From IMG/VR virus record IMGVR_UViG_3300018080_000171: DNA of 64,000 bases; one strand, 5' to 3'. This DNA comes from a virus. Positions 25,693-36,142 of the stretch are shown piece by piece (the first letter of the stretch is position 1; the number at the start of each line of letters is the position of its first letter). Position numbers and translations under genes: made by a program. The notes below the pieces were generated by a model that did no database searches, was not told the origin of the DNA, and worked only from the letters and a program-made list of their open reading frames with translations.

Positions 25693-26364
25693 ATGGAGAT
25701 TCCTAAAATGGATTCTAACGATCAAAACACAAAAGTTTCACCAGTAGTAGTCGTAACTGACTGCCTAAATGATAAGGTTATCGACATTATCGCAAAAATG
25801 ACTGGTCGAGATTCAGTCTTTACATCTTTTGATGTTACAAAACTGATTCGTATTGAGAACCCGACAATGAACGTACCTCACAATGATGTCCGAGATATGG
25901 TTTTTGAAGCGTATCAGAATACCTTCTGCGACGATTATGAGAGAACCTTGACAGAATTGTCGGTTGGGTATTCATATGTCTATCACCCTGATACCGTCTC
26001 AGCTTCTACCCACCCGTTGGCAGTACAGCCAGTTGCTGACGATACTAACACCGACCCGGCTGTTATCAATGATACCGACCTGACGACTGAAAAGCGTCTT
26101 AATATTTCCAAGACTCATTTGGATGCTATGGGTCTGAAATCTGGAGATATGGTTAGACTTGACACCGAGAATGGTGTATTATCTATCACCGCCTGCACCA
26201 GTTCTCCATACGAGACGTTGTTTGTCAATTCCGATGGTCGGCTTCGTTTGAATGCTCGAACGCTCACAAGGGCATTCTCGAAGCTTCACGATAAGTTCGA
26301 GATTCTACTGTCTTCTGATAAGACTGCTATTACTGTCCGTCCTATCGAAGTAATAGCAGATTAA
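25693..26364 (+). CDS. hypothetical protein (223 aa)
   Basis: ATG ORF. A GC-rich hairpin follows at 26380-26430. Confidence 0.5.
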   Translation: MEIPKMDSNDQNTKVSPVVVVTDCLNDKVIDIIAKMTGRDSVFTSFDVTKLIRIENPTMNVPHNDVRDMVFEAYQNTFCDDYERTLTELSVGYSYVYHPDTVSASTHPLAVQPVADDTNTDPAVINDTDLTTEKRLNISKTHLDAMGLKSGDMVRLDTENGVLSITACTSSPYETLFVNSDGRLRLNARTLTRAFSKLHDKFEILLSSDKTAITVRPIEVIAD

Positions 26365-26436
26365 TTTTGTCTTCTGTTCGCTACTACCTGCGAACCTCCA
26401 TAAAGGAAGGGTTCTCCTACGCCCTTCCTTTTTTTT

Positions 26437-27009
26437 ATGAATAGAAAGTATTTTATAATGAAGAACATGAAACTACAAATATATCAATATATATTTGATT
26501 TAAAGATTAACAATGAAAACAAAGTTATTTCCTCCGCTTTTACTGTCGAAGGTAAACGTTCTGCTTCTATGGATGACACCGAGTTTAGGCAAGGGGAAAC
26601 ATATCAGCAAGAAATTTTTAGGGGAAAATGGGATTGGTTAATAGATAAAGAAACAGATATTATTTTACCTATACATGATATAGTGGTTTCTGTTGTAGAT
26701 CCTAAATATTATGGGGCTTATCGCTTTGGAGGAGGTTCTATAGGTAGTTCTATGAAGATAGTCTGCGAGCATTGTGGAAGTTCTGATTGCGATTTTGATT
26801 GTATAGATGCTCTTAAATGGGTAGATATTTGTGATGTGATGGATCGTGAAGAGAAAAAAGATGAGTTAAATGGTAATAGAGAGTTTAATAAACAATGTGA
26901 CGCTCTTGAGGCTATGATATTGGGTCACGCTGTAGCTGGTCTTCATGTCGATGAAGAAATGTATATAGAAGGCATTGTATCTGCATTAGATGCAATGGGT
27001 AATCAGTAA
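26437..27009 (+). CDS. hypothetical protein (190 aa)
   Basis: ATG ORF. Confidence 0.45.
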   Translation: MNRKYFIMKNMKLQIYQYIFDLKINNENKVISSAFTVEGKRSASMDDTEFRQGETYQQEIFRGKWDWLIDKETDIILPIHDIVVSVVDPKYYGAYRFGGGSIGSSMKIVCEHCGSSDCDFDCIDALKWVDICDVMDREEKKDELNGNREFNKQCDALEAMILGHAVAGLHVDEEMYIEGIVSALDAMGNQ

Positions 27010-27077
27010 CTCACCAGACACTTAAAAATCCTACTTTATAGAAGTGTTAATTATAACACTGTTTAGGGAATTGTATT

Positions 27078-27410
27078 ATGAAATTTATTGTAACTGGTAT
27101 TGCCAATATCGAGATAACTGCTGAAATAGAAGCAGATAGTAAAGAAGAAGCAAAGAGTGAATTTGATTCGGCTGATTTCTGTCCTGAATCGACTGCTGAT
27201 ATAACCATAACATCCGCTAATCAATGTGGCTCAGATGTTGAAGATGTAGTATGGCTTGCTGCTGATAAATGGGAGGAGTTATCTCCATTAGAGAGAGCCA
27301 TTATCCTCAAAGAGAACGGCGTTTCGGACGAAAATGCTTTGAATATTTGCCAAAGAGACTATCTAATTGAAATAGATGAAGAATGGTGGGAATACTTTGA
27401 CGGAGACTAA
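27078..27410 (+). CDS. small acidic protein (110 aa)
   Basis: Promoter motif plus an RBS. Asp/Glu-rich. Confidence 0.45.
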   Translation: MKFIVTGIANIEITAEIEADSKEEAKSEFDSADFCPESTADITITSANQCGSDVEDVVWLAADKWEELSPLERAIILKENGVSDENALNICQRDYLIEIDEEWWEYFDGD

Positions 27411-27477
27411 TCACCAGACACTTAAAAATCTAATTTTATAGAAGTGTAAATTATAACACTAAATAAAGGAAAAAACG

Positions 27478-27660
27478 ATGCCTAAAAAAGAATATAGAAA
27501 ATGCGAGAATCATTGTCCTAAATGTAACAGCGAGAATATATCTAGTATTGGTACGTGTTTCGCTGATGTCGTTTATCAAAAACTTGTTTGTAAAGATTGC
27601 GGTTGTGGGTTTAAAGAGTATTATAAATATTCAGATACAGAAATAGATGGAGAGGAATAA
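27478..27660 (+). CDS. zinc-ribbon protein (60 aa)
   Basis: CPKC...CKDC pairs. Confidence 0.45.
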   Translation: MPKKEYRKCENHCPKCNSENISSIGTCFADVVYQKLVCKDCGCGFKEYYKYSDTEIDGEE

Positions 27661-28126
27661 AATGGGAAATAGAATGTATGTAGATACGTTTCAGAGAATA
27701 AATACTCGTACAAATATTAGTGATTATATGATTGAAATCGCTGACGATCACGACTATACAACTCTTATTTTCGCGGGAGATAAATCTCTTAGCAGTAATA
27801 AAAACGAGATATTACCTGGCGATAATATGGAGCTATTAAGGCTCCTTATTAAAGAGAAGCATAATGAAGAACACGGCTCAAGTTGCGAAGCATTGGAGAA
27901 TATCCTCGAAAGAGCAAGAGCCAATTTCCGAGGCGTTTGGATAGGAGGTTATAACTTTGATGGGCAGTTCCTCAAAAAAGTCCTCGACCATGATATTAGA
28001 GAGGTTTATTTCTGTCCCGATTGCGGTTGGGAAAGTTTCTCTGATGTAGATTATGAAGCTGATTGTGGCAATCCTCAATGTGATGGGGAAATGTCTGAAG
28101 TAAGAGAAGAATGGTATGAAGTTTAA
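27647..28126 (+). CDS. hypothetical protein with a C-terminal zinc ribbon (159 aa)
   Basis: CPDC...C..C. Overlaps the previous stop. Confidence 0.45.
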   Translation: MERNKMGNRMYVDTFQRINTRTNISDYMIEIADDHDYTTLIFAGDKSLSSNKNEILPGDNMELLRLLIKEKHNEEHGSSCEALENILERARANFRGVWIGGYNFDGQFLKKVLDHDIREVYFCPDCGWESFSDVDYEADCGNPQCDGEMSEVREEWYEV

Positions 28127-28137
28127 AGGGAGCGATA

Positions 28138-28356
28138 ATGTTTTATTTTATTGAACAGACAATCAGAGAAGGCGATAGAGAATATACTACTAGGTGGACA
28201 GAAGAAGCCAATTCGGTGGAAGACCTTGAAGAAACCTACAATGTCGAGCATGACGAGTTCGGTGCCAATGTAGATGATTTTGAGATATGCACTGAAGATA
28301 TTAGTGTCCGGAAAATGACACAACATGAATTTGATGTCGTAAGTCGTTTTCTGTAA
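28138..28356 (+). CDS. small acidic protein (72 aa)
   Basis: ATG ORF. Confidence 0.4.
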   Translation: MFYFIEQTIREGDREYTTRWTEEANSVEDLEETYNVEHDEFGANVDDFEICTEDISVRKMTQHEFDVVSRFL

Positions 28357-28419
28357 TCACCAGACACTAAAAAATCTAATCTTATAGAAGTGTTAATAAT
28401 AATTTATTGGAGTAATGAT

Positions 28420-29064
28420 ATGAGCGTTTCAATAGGCAAAAACATGGATACAGGTATAGTTTCTCTCCGTTTTGACAGTACTGGTAGAGCGGTCGAATTG
28501 ATGCCAGAAGAAGGTATCAATCTCGATAATAAAATGCGTATGGTAAGAGCCGAGGGTAGATTGATTAAAGACCATATCGGTAAAGAAGCTCTTGTGTTCT
28601 TACAAGAACTTGGTAAAGCCATCTGCGATGGAGACCCGAATACTATTGCGGACATGTGGGTCGGTAATGGCAGTAAGATTGTCGAGAAAGCGATCAAAGA
28701 AGGGATGCTATATCAAGAATGTATCCCTAATCCGTTTAAACTCTACTACCTTGGTACACAGCCTTGTAGCGATAATTATAATGAGAAAATGGTGCAAAAG
28801 GCTATTGATTGTACTACAGAGATAAGAGCTATTCTTAATACTCTATTCCAGAGAATCATTCATGCCGAAGATATGTTCACAATAGACAAGGAAATCGAAG
28901 GTTATGGCAAACTGATTTGTGCTTATAAGGGGGGAGGGCTTGGCGTTGGAGACACGGCAACCGATGAAGCTATTCAGCAATATCTCATTGATAAGTTAGA
29001 AACTATTTTCGATGAAGAAGATGTTGAAATAATTGGCAATTGTTTTTATGATTCGATCCACTGA
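28420..29064 (+). CDS. hypothetical protein (214 aa)
   Basis: A GGAG RBS precedes the 28420 ATG. The listed 28390 start is unlikely. Confidence 0.45.
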   Translation: MSVSIGKNMDTGIVSLRFDSTGRAVELMPEEGINLDNKMRMVRAEGRLIKDHIGKEALVFLQELGKAICDGDPNTIADMWVGNGSKIVEKAIKEGMLYQECIPNPFKLYYLGTQPCSDNYNEKMVQKAIDCTTEIRAILNTLFQRIIHAEDMFTIDKEIEGYGKLICAYKGGGLGVGDTATDEAIQQYLIDKLETIFDEEDVEIIGNCFYDSIH

Positions 29065-29367
29065 TAACTAGACAACTAAAAATTAAGGCTTATAATATTA
29101 TGCTAGTAGCAAAGTTAATCACATTTAGTATTACGACTAGGGTTCTAGTTGACGGAAACAGTACCGAAGAAGAGCAATTTGACGAAGCTGTTAAACTTGC
29201 TAGACCTAAAATAGTGGACAATGCAAAGGATATTCTTTAAGGTGATAATGTCGTAGGATTTGATGACGATGAAGAGTGTCCGTATGATCCAGAAATTGAT
29301 TAACCACCAGACACTTAAAAATCTAAAATTATAGGGGTGTTAATAATAACACCGAGTAGGAGTTTTA

Positions 29368-29562
29368 ATGTATATATTAAAATTTCATAAATCAGATAAA
29401 GTCGAAGATATGAAAATCGGCACAAAAGAAGCACTAGCAGATTGGGTTATGTTGAACACCGATGGGCTTATTCACACTAAAGAAGTCGATGGTAAAGTTT
29501 ATGTTAAACGGTATAGTAAAGAAATAGCTATTATATCAGAAATAGAGGTTATAAATGATTAA
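29368..29562 (+). CDS. small protein (64 aa)
   Basis: ATG ORF with an AGGAG RBS. Confidence 0.4.
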   Translation: MYILKFHKSDKVEDMKIGTKEALADWVMLNTDGLIHTKEVDGKVYVKRYSKEIAIISEIEVIND

Positions 29563-30145
29563 GGGTACACTAATAGAAGTTATTGGCGATGTTACTGATC
29601 CTCAAGTATCAAGCGAAAACGAAGTGGCTATAATTCCTCACTGCTGTAATAACCTAAAAGGTTGGGGGGCAGGTTTTGTGTTAGCTCTTAACAAAAAAGA
29701 TAGAAACCCAATGGATTGTTATCGAAAGATGTTTGAAAAATACACTATACCAAAAGATAAAAAAGATATGTTAGGGTTAGTATCTTATGCCTCTTTTTGC
29801 TCTGCTGTCGGTTTTCAAGAGTTCGATGGTTCCAGATTATATGAGAGCAAAGATGCTATTTTTCCATCAACAATGATAGTTGCTAATATGATAGCACAAG
29901 ATGGAGTTAGAGGTAATTCGGATTTTGATACACCTTTAAGATATGTCTCCCTAATTAAATGTATGCTTAGGGTTGCTTTGTGGATAAAGGTAGAACAATC
30001 TAAATATCCAAACAAATTATTTACTATCCACGCTCCTAAATTTGGAAGCGAACTCGCTGGAGGTAATTTCGATTTCATTCTTGAGCTAATCAGAGAGATT
30101 TGGTTAGAAAACGGTATTAACGTTGTCGTCTATGAGTTCGGTTAA
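29555..30145 (+). CDS. macrodomain-like protein (ADP-ribose binding/hydrolase candidate)
   Basis: VIGDVTD...VAIIPHCCNN...GWGAGFVLAL parallels the macrodomain motifs GDIT...AIVNAAN...GGGGV..AI. Later FTIHAPKFGSELAGGNF resembles the macrodomain FP.ISTGVYG segment. Confidence 0.45.
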   Translation: MIKGTLIEVIGDVTDPQVSSENEVAIIPHCCNNLKGWGAGFVLALNKKDRNPMDCYRKMFEKYTIPKDKKDMLGLVSYASFCSAVGFQEFDGSRLYESKDAIFPSTMIVANMIAQDGVRGNSDFDTPLRYVSLIKCMLRVALWIKVEQSKYPNKLFTIHAPKFGSELAGGNFDFILELIREIWLENGINVVVYEFG

Positions 30146-30206
30146 TCACCAGACACTTAAAAATCTAGTATTATAGAAGTGTTAATAATATTTGATGGAG
30201 TTGCTA

Positions 30207-30971
30207 ATGAAAGACGAAGACGACATTTACATTGAGGAAAAAGCAAAGCAAGTAGCAGAATTGCTAAAAGATGCTGAAGGTAAATCTCATATACATACAG
30301 GTCAAATATTAGTGAAAGCTCTTGCCTCTATTAAAGAGGGGGATGGCATGGTAAACTATCATTTGGAGGATATGGACAGACATGCCAGAAACGTAGCCTT
30401 CGAGTCAAGAATGCACTTCTTTGATAAATTATGGAATTTTCTGCATGAAAACGGACATAACAGAGACAATCCAAATATATCAGAGCACGATTCCGCTTGG
30501 TGTCATTCTTTTTATAAGGGGGCTAAAAAAACATATAGCGATGATGACGGAAAAAGAAAAGTTATTGTTATAAGCAATATGATGGGTGGTGCTTCTCACT
30601 TCTTCGTTAAAAATGAACATATCATAGGAGATGAAGATTGGTCAATTTATTATATCGTAAGGATATGGGATGACCCTGAACGATTCTTTAGAGAAGACAG
30701 CCAAAGAAAATCTTTAAAAACTCTTGTAAAGAATGGTAAACTAACACTCTTTAACGACAATTATGCCGATGGAAACCGTAAAAAGTCTTGGCAAGACTAC
30801 GAAGAAGAGGGTTATTCACCTAGAATGTATGAGCATGATTATGAAAGATGTATTTTGAAGTATGATTGCCATCGTCCCGATTCTGTATTACGGAATTACT
30901 TCACACTTGGCAGGCATTGCGAAAATGCTTTAATGCAATTGGAGTCAGCATTTTGGATGAGAACTAAATAA
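30207..30971 (+). CDS. hypothetical His-rich protein (254 aa)
   Basis: A GGAG RBS precedes the 30207 ATG. Confidence 0.45.
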   Translation: MKDEDDIYIEEKAKQVAELLKDAEGKSHIHTGQILVKALASIKEGDGMVNYHLEDMDRHARNVAFESRMHFFDKLWNFLHENGHNRDNPNISEHDSAWCHSFYKGAKKTYSDDDGKRKVIVISNMMGGASHFFVKNEHIIGDEDWSIYYIVRIWDDPERFFREDSQRKSLKTLVKNGKLTLFNDNYADGNRKKSWQDYEEEGYSPRMYEHDYERCILKYDCHRPDSVLRNYFTLGRHCENALMQLESAFWMRTK

Positions 30972-31042
30972 TCACCAGACACCTAAAAATCCAAACTTAT
31001 AGCAATGTAAGGAAATAATAACACTGTTTAAGGAATTGTTAG

Positions 31043-31282
31043 ATGCTAAAATTTATTTGCCCAGTATGTCAAGATTGCGGTTTACAGTTAAGGCGAAAAG
31101 AAGAGAATGTAACTCGTCTGTATGCCGATAGAGACGATGACTTCGATTATGGTAAAGAAGAGGTTGTTGATTGCGATATGTCTGTAGTTGAATGTAGTAA
31201 CGGTCATGTTCTGATGCTTAAAGATGAGACAGAAGTTCAAGACTATGCAGATTATCTTAAATGGTTAAAAGAGAATAAATAA
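31043..31282 (+). CDS. zinc-ribbon protein (79 aa)
   Basis: CPVCQDC...C pairs. Confidence 0.4.
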   Translation: MLKFICPVCQDCGLQLRRKEENVTRLYADRDDDFDYGKEEVVDCDMSVVECSNGHVLMLKDETEVQDYADYLKWLKENK

Positions 31283-31297
31283 TTTTGGAGTGAAATT

Positions 31298-31789
31298 ATG
31301 GCAAAGAAAACGTTTGACAAAATAACAGTAGGCTTTGTTATCCAAGAGTACCAAACAGAAAAAGATGGTTCTCATACACCTATAAGACAAGAGTTTATAG
31401 CTTGCGATCAAGTTGACTATGAGGACACCAACGGTGAGCCAATAGAAGTTGACACCTTAAAAGAGACTTATTGTCCTTTTGAGATGGTACAGCCGACACA
31501 CCGACCATTTCCACCGAGTAGAGAGGGCTTAAAGTTTATTTGCCCCGACTGCAAGGGTACAGAACTCGAATGTGTTATGGAAGGTGGTTATAGTTCTATA
31601 GTCACTGTTATTTCAGAAGACGGTGAATTTGAATTCGACAATTCCTTTGTTGAAAGCGATTTATCTCATTATCAATGCAACTGTTGCGGTAAAAGGTTAA
31701 TGTATCCGGACGACTGTGATGCTGAATATGAGATACAAGATGATGAAAAGATTGTCGAGTGGATAAAACTTAATTGCCCTCAAGACTAA
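31298..31789 (+). CDS. double zinc-ribbon protein (163 aa)
   Basis: CPDCKG...CNCCGK. Confidence 0.45.
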   Translation: MAKKTFDKITVGFVIQEYQTEKDGSHTPIRQEFIACDQVDYEDTNGEPIEVDTLKETYCPFEMVQPTHRPFPPSREGLKFICPDCKGTELECVMEGGYSSIVTVISEDGEFEFDNSFVESDLSHYQCNCCGKRLMYPDDCDAEYEIQDDEKIVEWIKLNCPQD

Positions 31790-31851
31790 TCACCAGACAC
31801 CTAAAAATTTAATTTTATAGGAGTGTTAATAATATTACTATAGGAGTCTTT

Positions 31852-32454
31852 ATGAATGAAGCTATTGAAACAATCGAACACGTTGGTCAAACTATCGAAA
31901 TCTTTCAAGATGGAGATAACTGTTCCCCTAGAGAAAATGATAATATGTGTATTTTTCATGTAGCTCATCGGCGATATTCTTTTGGCGATAAAAACTATTC
32001 TTCTCTTGCAGATATAACATCGGCAGAAAGAAAAGCAGTTGCTAAAGGTGATATAGTTTTACCACTGTATATGTACGACCATTCCGGCATTACAATTGCC
32101 CTTACACCGTTTCCTTGCCCTTGGGATTCTGGACAGGTAGGTTTTGTTCAAGTCAAAAAGTCTGAGATTATCGCAAATTGGGGTAAAAAAAATTGGACAA
32201 AGAGTCTTCAAGAAAAAGCACACGAAGTTGCGGGAATGGAAGTAAAAGAGATGGATTCTTATCTTCGCGGCGAAGTATATCTTTATAGTATCAATAACTA
32301 TGAAGAAAGTTGTGGAGGATATATCGGAGATATTACGTATTGTATCGAAGAAGCAAAATCTGCAGCTGAGTACTTAAAAACCTACAAAGAAGAACAAGCA
32401 AGAATAGAGGCACCACTGCCATTGTTTCCTAAAGATACAAAGATACTTTCTTAA
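31852..32454 (+). CDS. hypothetical protein (200 aa)
   Basis: ATG ORF. Confidence 0.45.
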   Translation: MNEAIETIEHVGQTIEIFQDGDNCSPRENDNMCIFHVAHRRYSFGDKNYSSLADITSAERKAVAKGDIVLPLYMYDHSGITIALTPFPCPWDSGQVGFVQVKKSEIIANWGKKNWTKSLQEKAHEVAGMEVKEMDSYLRGEVYLYSINNYEESCGGYIGDITYCIEEAKSAAEYLKTYKEEQARIEAPLPLFPKDTKILS

Positions 32455-32517
32455 TCACCAGACACTTAAAAATTCACTCTTATAGTAGTGTTAATAACAT
32501 TACTATAGGAGTTTTTT

Positions 32518-33177
32518 ATGGAAACAATAAAAATAGAAATCTACTGTAAAAAATGCCAGAGAACATCTGAAGCAGATTACGAAGTAGCTACAGGCTATAT
32601 GTCTAAAACAAGATGGATGTGTGATTGTGGGGAAATGTATCATATCAGCGACTATGTAAATGGACCAACTTATGCTTCGCATATGTCTAAAGAAGAAGAT
32701 GATAAATATACTAAATATATGAGAGAACATACAAGAAAAGATAGAGCAATGGATAAAGAAAAAGGTAGAGAAATGTATCAGAGAGTAGAAAAGTGGCTAA
32801 ATGCTTTATCGGTACAGGCAATAGCTAAGATTGAAGCTCAACGAACTTTTCATCAAGCGATAGATAGAGACTATACCATCGAAACAATTCTTGAACATTG
32901 TAAGTACGAAGATGACTTACTGGAGAAGTTATATAAAGAATCTTTGGTGTCTACGATTGCCTTCAATGCCGACAATAATAGTCCTCAATGCTTTACCGAT
33001 AAAAAGGATTGGTATATCCTCGAAATGGTAGGTTGCGTTGACCCTTCTTTAAGTAGGTCTTATAACACCGAACTAGAGGTACAAACTGTTATTGAAGTTA
33101 TGAGAGACATGCCGGAAAATAGCCAGAATTCTTATACTTATTTGTCGGTTACTAAGGGAGCGGATATAAACATTTAA
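32518..33177 (+). CDS. hypothetical protein with an N-terminal zinc ribbon (219 aa)
   Basis: CKKC...CDCG. Confidence 0.45.
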   Translation: METIKIEIYCKKCQRTSEADYEVATGYMSKTRWMCDCGEMYHISDYVNGPTYASHMSKEEDDKYTKYMREHTRKDRAMDKEKGREMYQRVEKWLNALSVQAIAKIEAQRTFHQAIDRDYTIETILEHCKYEDDLLEKLYKESLVSTIAFNADNNSPQCFTDKKDWYILEMVGCVDPSLSRSYNTELEVQTVIEVMRDMPENSQNSYTYLSVTKGADINI

Positions 33178-33426
33178 TCACCAGACACTTAAAAATTAAA
33201 TCTTATAGTAATATAACAAGGAAAGATGATGATTAGGCAAAGGCATATATAAGAGCCGAAAGTTATGAATAGTAACCCTCAAGCCTTTAATGGCGGTTGG
33301 GTTAGCCTTAGATCACGGGTTTGTCCTTGTAGACTATCGAGACCGGAAAATTGGTAGTTGAAAAGCCCGTACTGTAAAGAAGGCATCTATTCCCTTGTTT
33401 TATTAAATTTTAATTTAGGAGATATT

Positions 33427-33804
33427 ATGGACAACAAGTATAGAGATGAAAAACTAAATGAGCATATGTTTAGAGTTGAAGCATTGCTAACAGCTATATC
33501 AGGTAAAGAAACTAAACATCTCAATGTTCAGGATATTCTTAAAACAGATACTTTAATGTCTTTTGATAAGGCTGTACAACTCGGTATGATGGAAACGGCT
33601 AATGAGGCTATTGTAGAGGTAAAAGCTCTTGCTGTTAGTCTCGATAGGCTTATCGCTATGACTAAAGAGATAATAGGGGTTATGGACACCTGCGGCTTAA
33701 CTCAATCTAGTTTATATAGAAGAAGACTTAAGGTATTGACTAATCTTTCTCGTATTACCGATGAGTTTAAACCAAAATCAAATCATCAGTTTTCTCAGAT
33801 TTAG
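33427..33804 (+). CDS. hypothetical protein (125 aa)
   Basis: Start MDNKYR follows an AGGAGATATT RBS. The listed 33358 start lacks an RBS. Confidence 0.4.
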   Translation: MDNKYRDEKLNEHMFRVEALLTAISGKETKHLNVQDILKTDTLMSFDKAVQLGMMETANEAIVEVKALAVSLDRLIAMTKEIIGVMDTCGLTQSSLYRRRLKVLTNLSRITDEFKPKSNHQFSQI

Positions 33805-33880
33805 TTCACCAGACACCTAAAAATTCAATCTTATAGAAATGTAAGGTTAATAATAATAGTTTTTTTGAAAGGGTTTACAA

Positions 33881-34684
33881 ATGGAAGGTTTACTTTTAGA
33901 CACACCTGGTAGCGGCATAGTAACAATGGAACAAGCTTTTAGCATTCCTACCCCAGAAGCGACTAATACTTATAGTCCAGTTGGGAATAAAGACCTTTGG
34001 GATATGCTCTCTCGTATCGCCGATGAGCGAGGTCTTGAACTAGGGACACCCCATATTGGCTTAGCTAATAAGGGACAAAGAATGTTCGGTTCAGTCGAAA
34101 TCGTTAATCAGAACCAGCTCGATGACGAAGTTAGAATGATGCTCGGTTTTCGTAACAGTCTCGACAAAACTATGTCGATCGGTATCTGTTTCGGGAGTAA
34201 GGTTTTTGTTTGCTCGAATATGTGTTTTTCGGGCTATGCTTCAGACGGTAATGATGCAACTGGTATCGTTCACCAGCGTCACCAGTCTGACGTTTTCGGA
34301 AACCTCGAAATGGGTTTGAATGAGTCAATGGATAAGTTTGAGGTTTTCAAGAACTATCAAGAGAAGCTCTACAATCGCTTGAAAGAAATCAGTCTTTCAG
34401 ACGAACAGGCTTACCACTTGATTATTCAAGCGGCAAGAGCCGAGGCAATCAATAATACTGATTGTATGACAATCGCTAATGAATGGGATTTTCAGGTTAC
34501 CGGTCCGACCAATGAGGCTGAAGAAGAGCGTTGGCATCCAGAATTCACTCCAAGAACTGCATGGAGTCTGTTCAATGCCTTTACAGAGCAAGCTAAGACT
34601 TACCAGCAGAAAAACCCCCTTAAGGCTAACTTAAGATCGATAAAAATGAATTCGTTGTTCCACCAGCAGTATATGACGAATTAA
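33881..34684 (+). CDS. DUF932-like phage/plasmid protein candidate
   Basis: Central SIGICFGSKVFVCSNMCF resembles the conserved DUF932/TIGR03299 block. 267 aa. Confidence 0.35.
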   Translation: MEGLLLDTPGSGIVTMEQAFSIPTPEATNTYSPVGNKDLWDMLSRIADERGLELGTPHIGLANKGQRMFGSVEIVNQNQLDDEVRMMLGFRNSLDKTMSIGICFGSKVFVCSNMCFSGYASDGNDATGIVHQRHQSDVFGNLEMGLNESMDKFEVFKNYQEKLYNRLKEISLSDEQAYHLIIQAARAEAINNTDCMTIANEWDFQVTGPTNEAEEERWHPEFTPRTAWSLFNAFTEQAKTYQQKNPLKANLRSIKMNSLFHQQYMTN

Positions 34685-34795
34685 GGGAAATACTTAGAGA
34701 GGGAGAGAGAAATCTCTCCCTTTTTTATCTTATTACCAGACAGTGAAAAATCGTATCTTATAGTATTGTAAGATATAAATTATAGGAATGTAAAA

Positions 34796-35038
34796 ATGAA
34801 TAACGCAGTTAAAAAAGTAGAAATTCTTAATCTCTTAGATAGAGAAGATGTTACTGAACAGATAACTGGCAAGAGTTTAGACGTTACTTTATCTGATGGG
34901 AGTAGAATAACAATTGAGTTGTTTGAACGAGAAGGTGACGCGGCTATCGAAATCAGGGCTGGACTTGATAGGCTTGTGATTATGCCCGTAGCGTCAAATG
35001 TTATAAAAGTTAAGACAGATAGGAAACAACAATTTTAG
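34796..35038 (+). CDS. small protein (80 aa)
   Basis: ATG ORF. Confidence 0.4.
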   Translation: MNNAVKKVEILNLLDREDVTEQITGKSLDVTLSDGSRITIELFEREGDAAIEIRAGLDRLVIMPVASNVIKVKTDRKQQF

Positions 35039-35266
35039 TAGGTAATTTTTATCTTATTACCAGACACTTAAAAATCGTATCTTATAGTAATGTAAGGAAA
35101 GACAAGTTAATAATTTTTTTAAGTTAATTTAGGATATATAGTTCAGATTATCTATATTACCTGAAATATTTAGTCTACTAAGTTTGACTAATTTAACAGT
35201 ATCGTTTTTTAGCGTTACAACTGCAATGAGTAGTTGGCGTTTATGATGTTCCATTTACGGAGCTTT

Positions 35267-35506
35267 AAAATGAAGAATGTAATTATGATTTTGGTAGTAT
35301 TGGTTGTAGTATCTGTTAGCGGTTGTCAGACAAGCAAAGGGCTTTTTGAAGACCTCGCAGGAGGTTCAGCATGGGTAGCTGAAAAACTCGAAAAGCCAGC
35401 AGCCGAGGCAGCAGAGCGTGACGCTGATAGAGCCGCGAAAAAGCTCGAAAAACGTCAAGCTATTTTGGCTGCTCGCGTTCGTTTGGCTAAAAATGAGGTG
35501 CAGTAA
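35267..35506 (+). CDS. lipoprotein (lipobox VSGC), possible spanin component
   Basis: Signal peptide plus SGC lipobox, and an Ala/Glu/Lys-rich helical body. Confidence 0.45.
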   Translation, partial: KMKNVIMILVVLVVVSVSGCQTSKGLFEDLAGGSAWVAEKLEKPAAEAAERDADRAAKKLEKRQAILAARVRLAKNEVQ

Positions 35507-35507
35507 A

Positions 35508-35798
35508 ATGAATAGGATAGCCATTATATCTATTTTGTTTGGTTGTATAACTCTCACCAGCGGGTGTATCGAAGTTTCTTATAAAACTGAAGCTAGATTA
35601 ACTTTTGGCGGGAAAAAAGAACCGACAGCTAGACCTAGAATAGTTGATGATGGCTATCCTAAAACATTGCCAGCAGTATTTGCTAGTAATGAGAATGTTT
35701 ACGATAACCATAGTTCTTATAAAAGTAGACCTACAATATCGGCAATTAATTCTAAACGTAAACGAGGCTTTACAGCTTTTAAGAGACGGGAGAAATAA
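35508..35798 (+). CDS. lipoprotein (lipobox LTSGC), possible outer-membrane spanin
   Basis: Signal peptide plus lipobox and a Pro-containing body. Its ATG overlaps the upstream stop (TAAAATG). Confidence 0.45.
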   Translation: MNRIAIISILFGCITLTSGCIEVSYKTEARLTFGGKKEPTARPRIVDDGYPKTLPAVFASNENVYDNHSSYKSRPTISAINSKRKRGFTAFKRREK

Positions 35799-35799
35799 A

Positions 35800-36003
35800 A
35801 TGTTTGAAATGATAGAAGGCGGTTTTAATCTTTATATAAACGAAATCATAGATATAGATATTTCATGGTTCGCGAGTACCATTGCTTTAATTATTATGAA
35901 TGCACTGTTATCGGTTCGTAGATTTGGCGTATGGTGCAAACAGATGCAAAAGGCGGCAGATTATAAATCAGCGGAAAAGAAACTGGCGAAAGCGAATAAA
36001 TAA
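35800..36003 (+). CDS. small membrane protein, holin-like (68 aa)
   Basis: One TM segment and a basic C-terminus, positioned just upstream of the endolysin. Confidence 0.35.
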   Translation: MFEMIEGGFNLYINEIIDIDISWFASTIALIIMNALLSVRRFGVWCKQMQKAADYKSAEKKLAKANK

Positions 36004-36142
36004 TGAATGTAGACCTAATTTTTCCTTTAACTGTAGTCTTCTTCATGTGGTTTGTCCGTAAAATAGATAAGTCACCAGACACCTAAAAATTTAGTCTTAT
36101 AGTAATGTAAGTTAATAATAACTAATTGAAAAGGGTAGTAAA

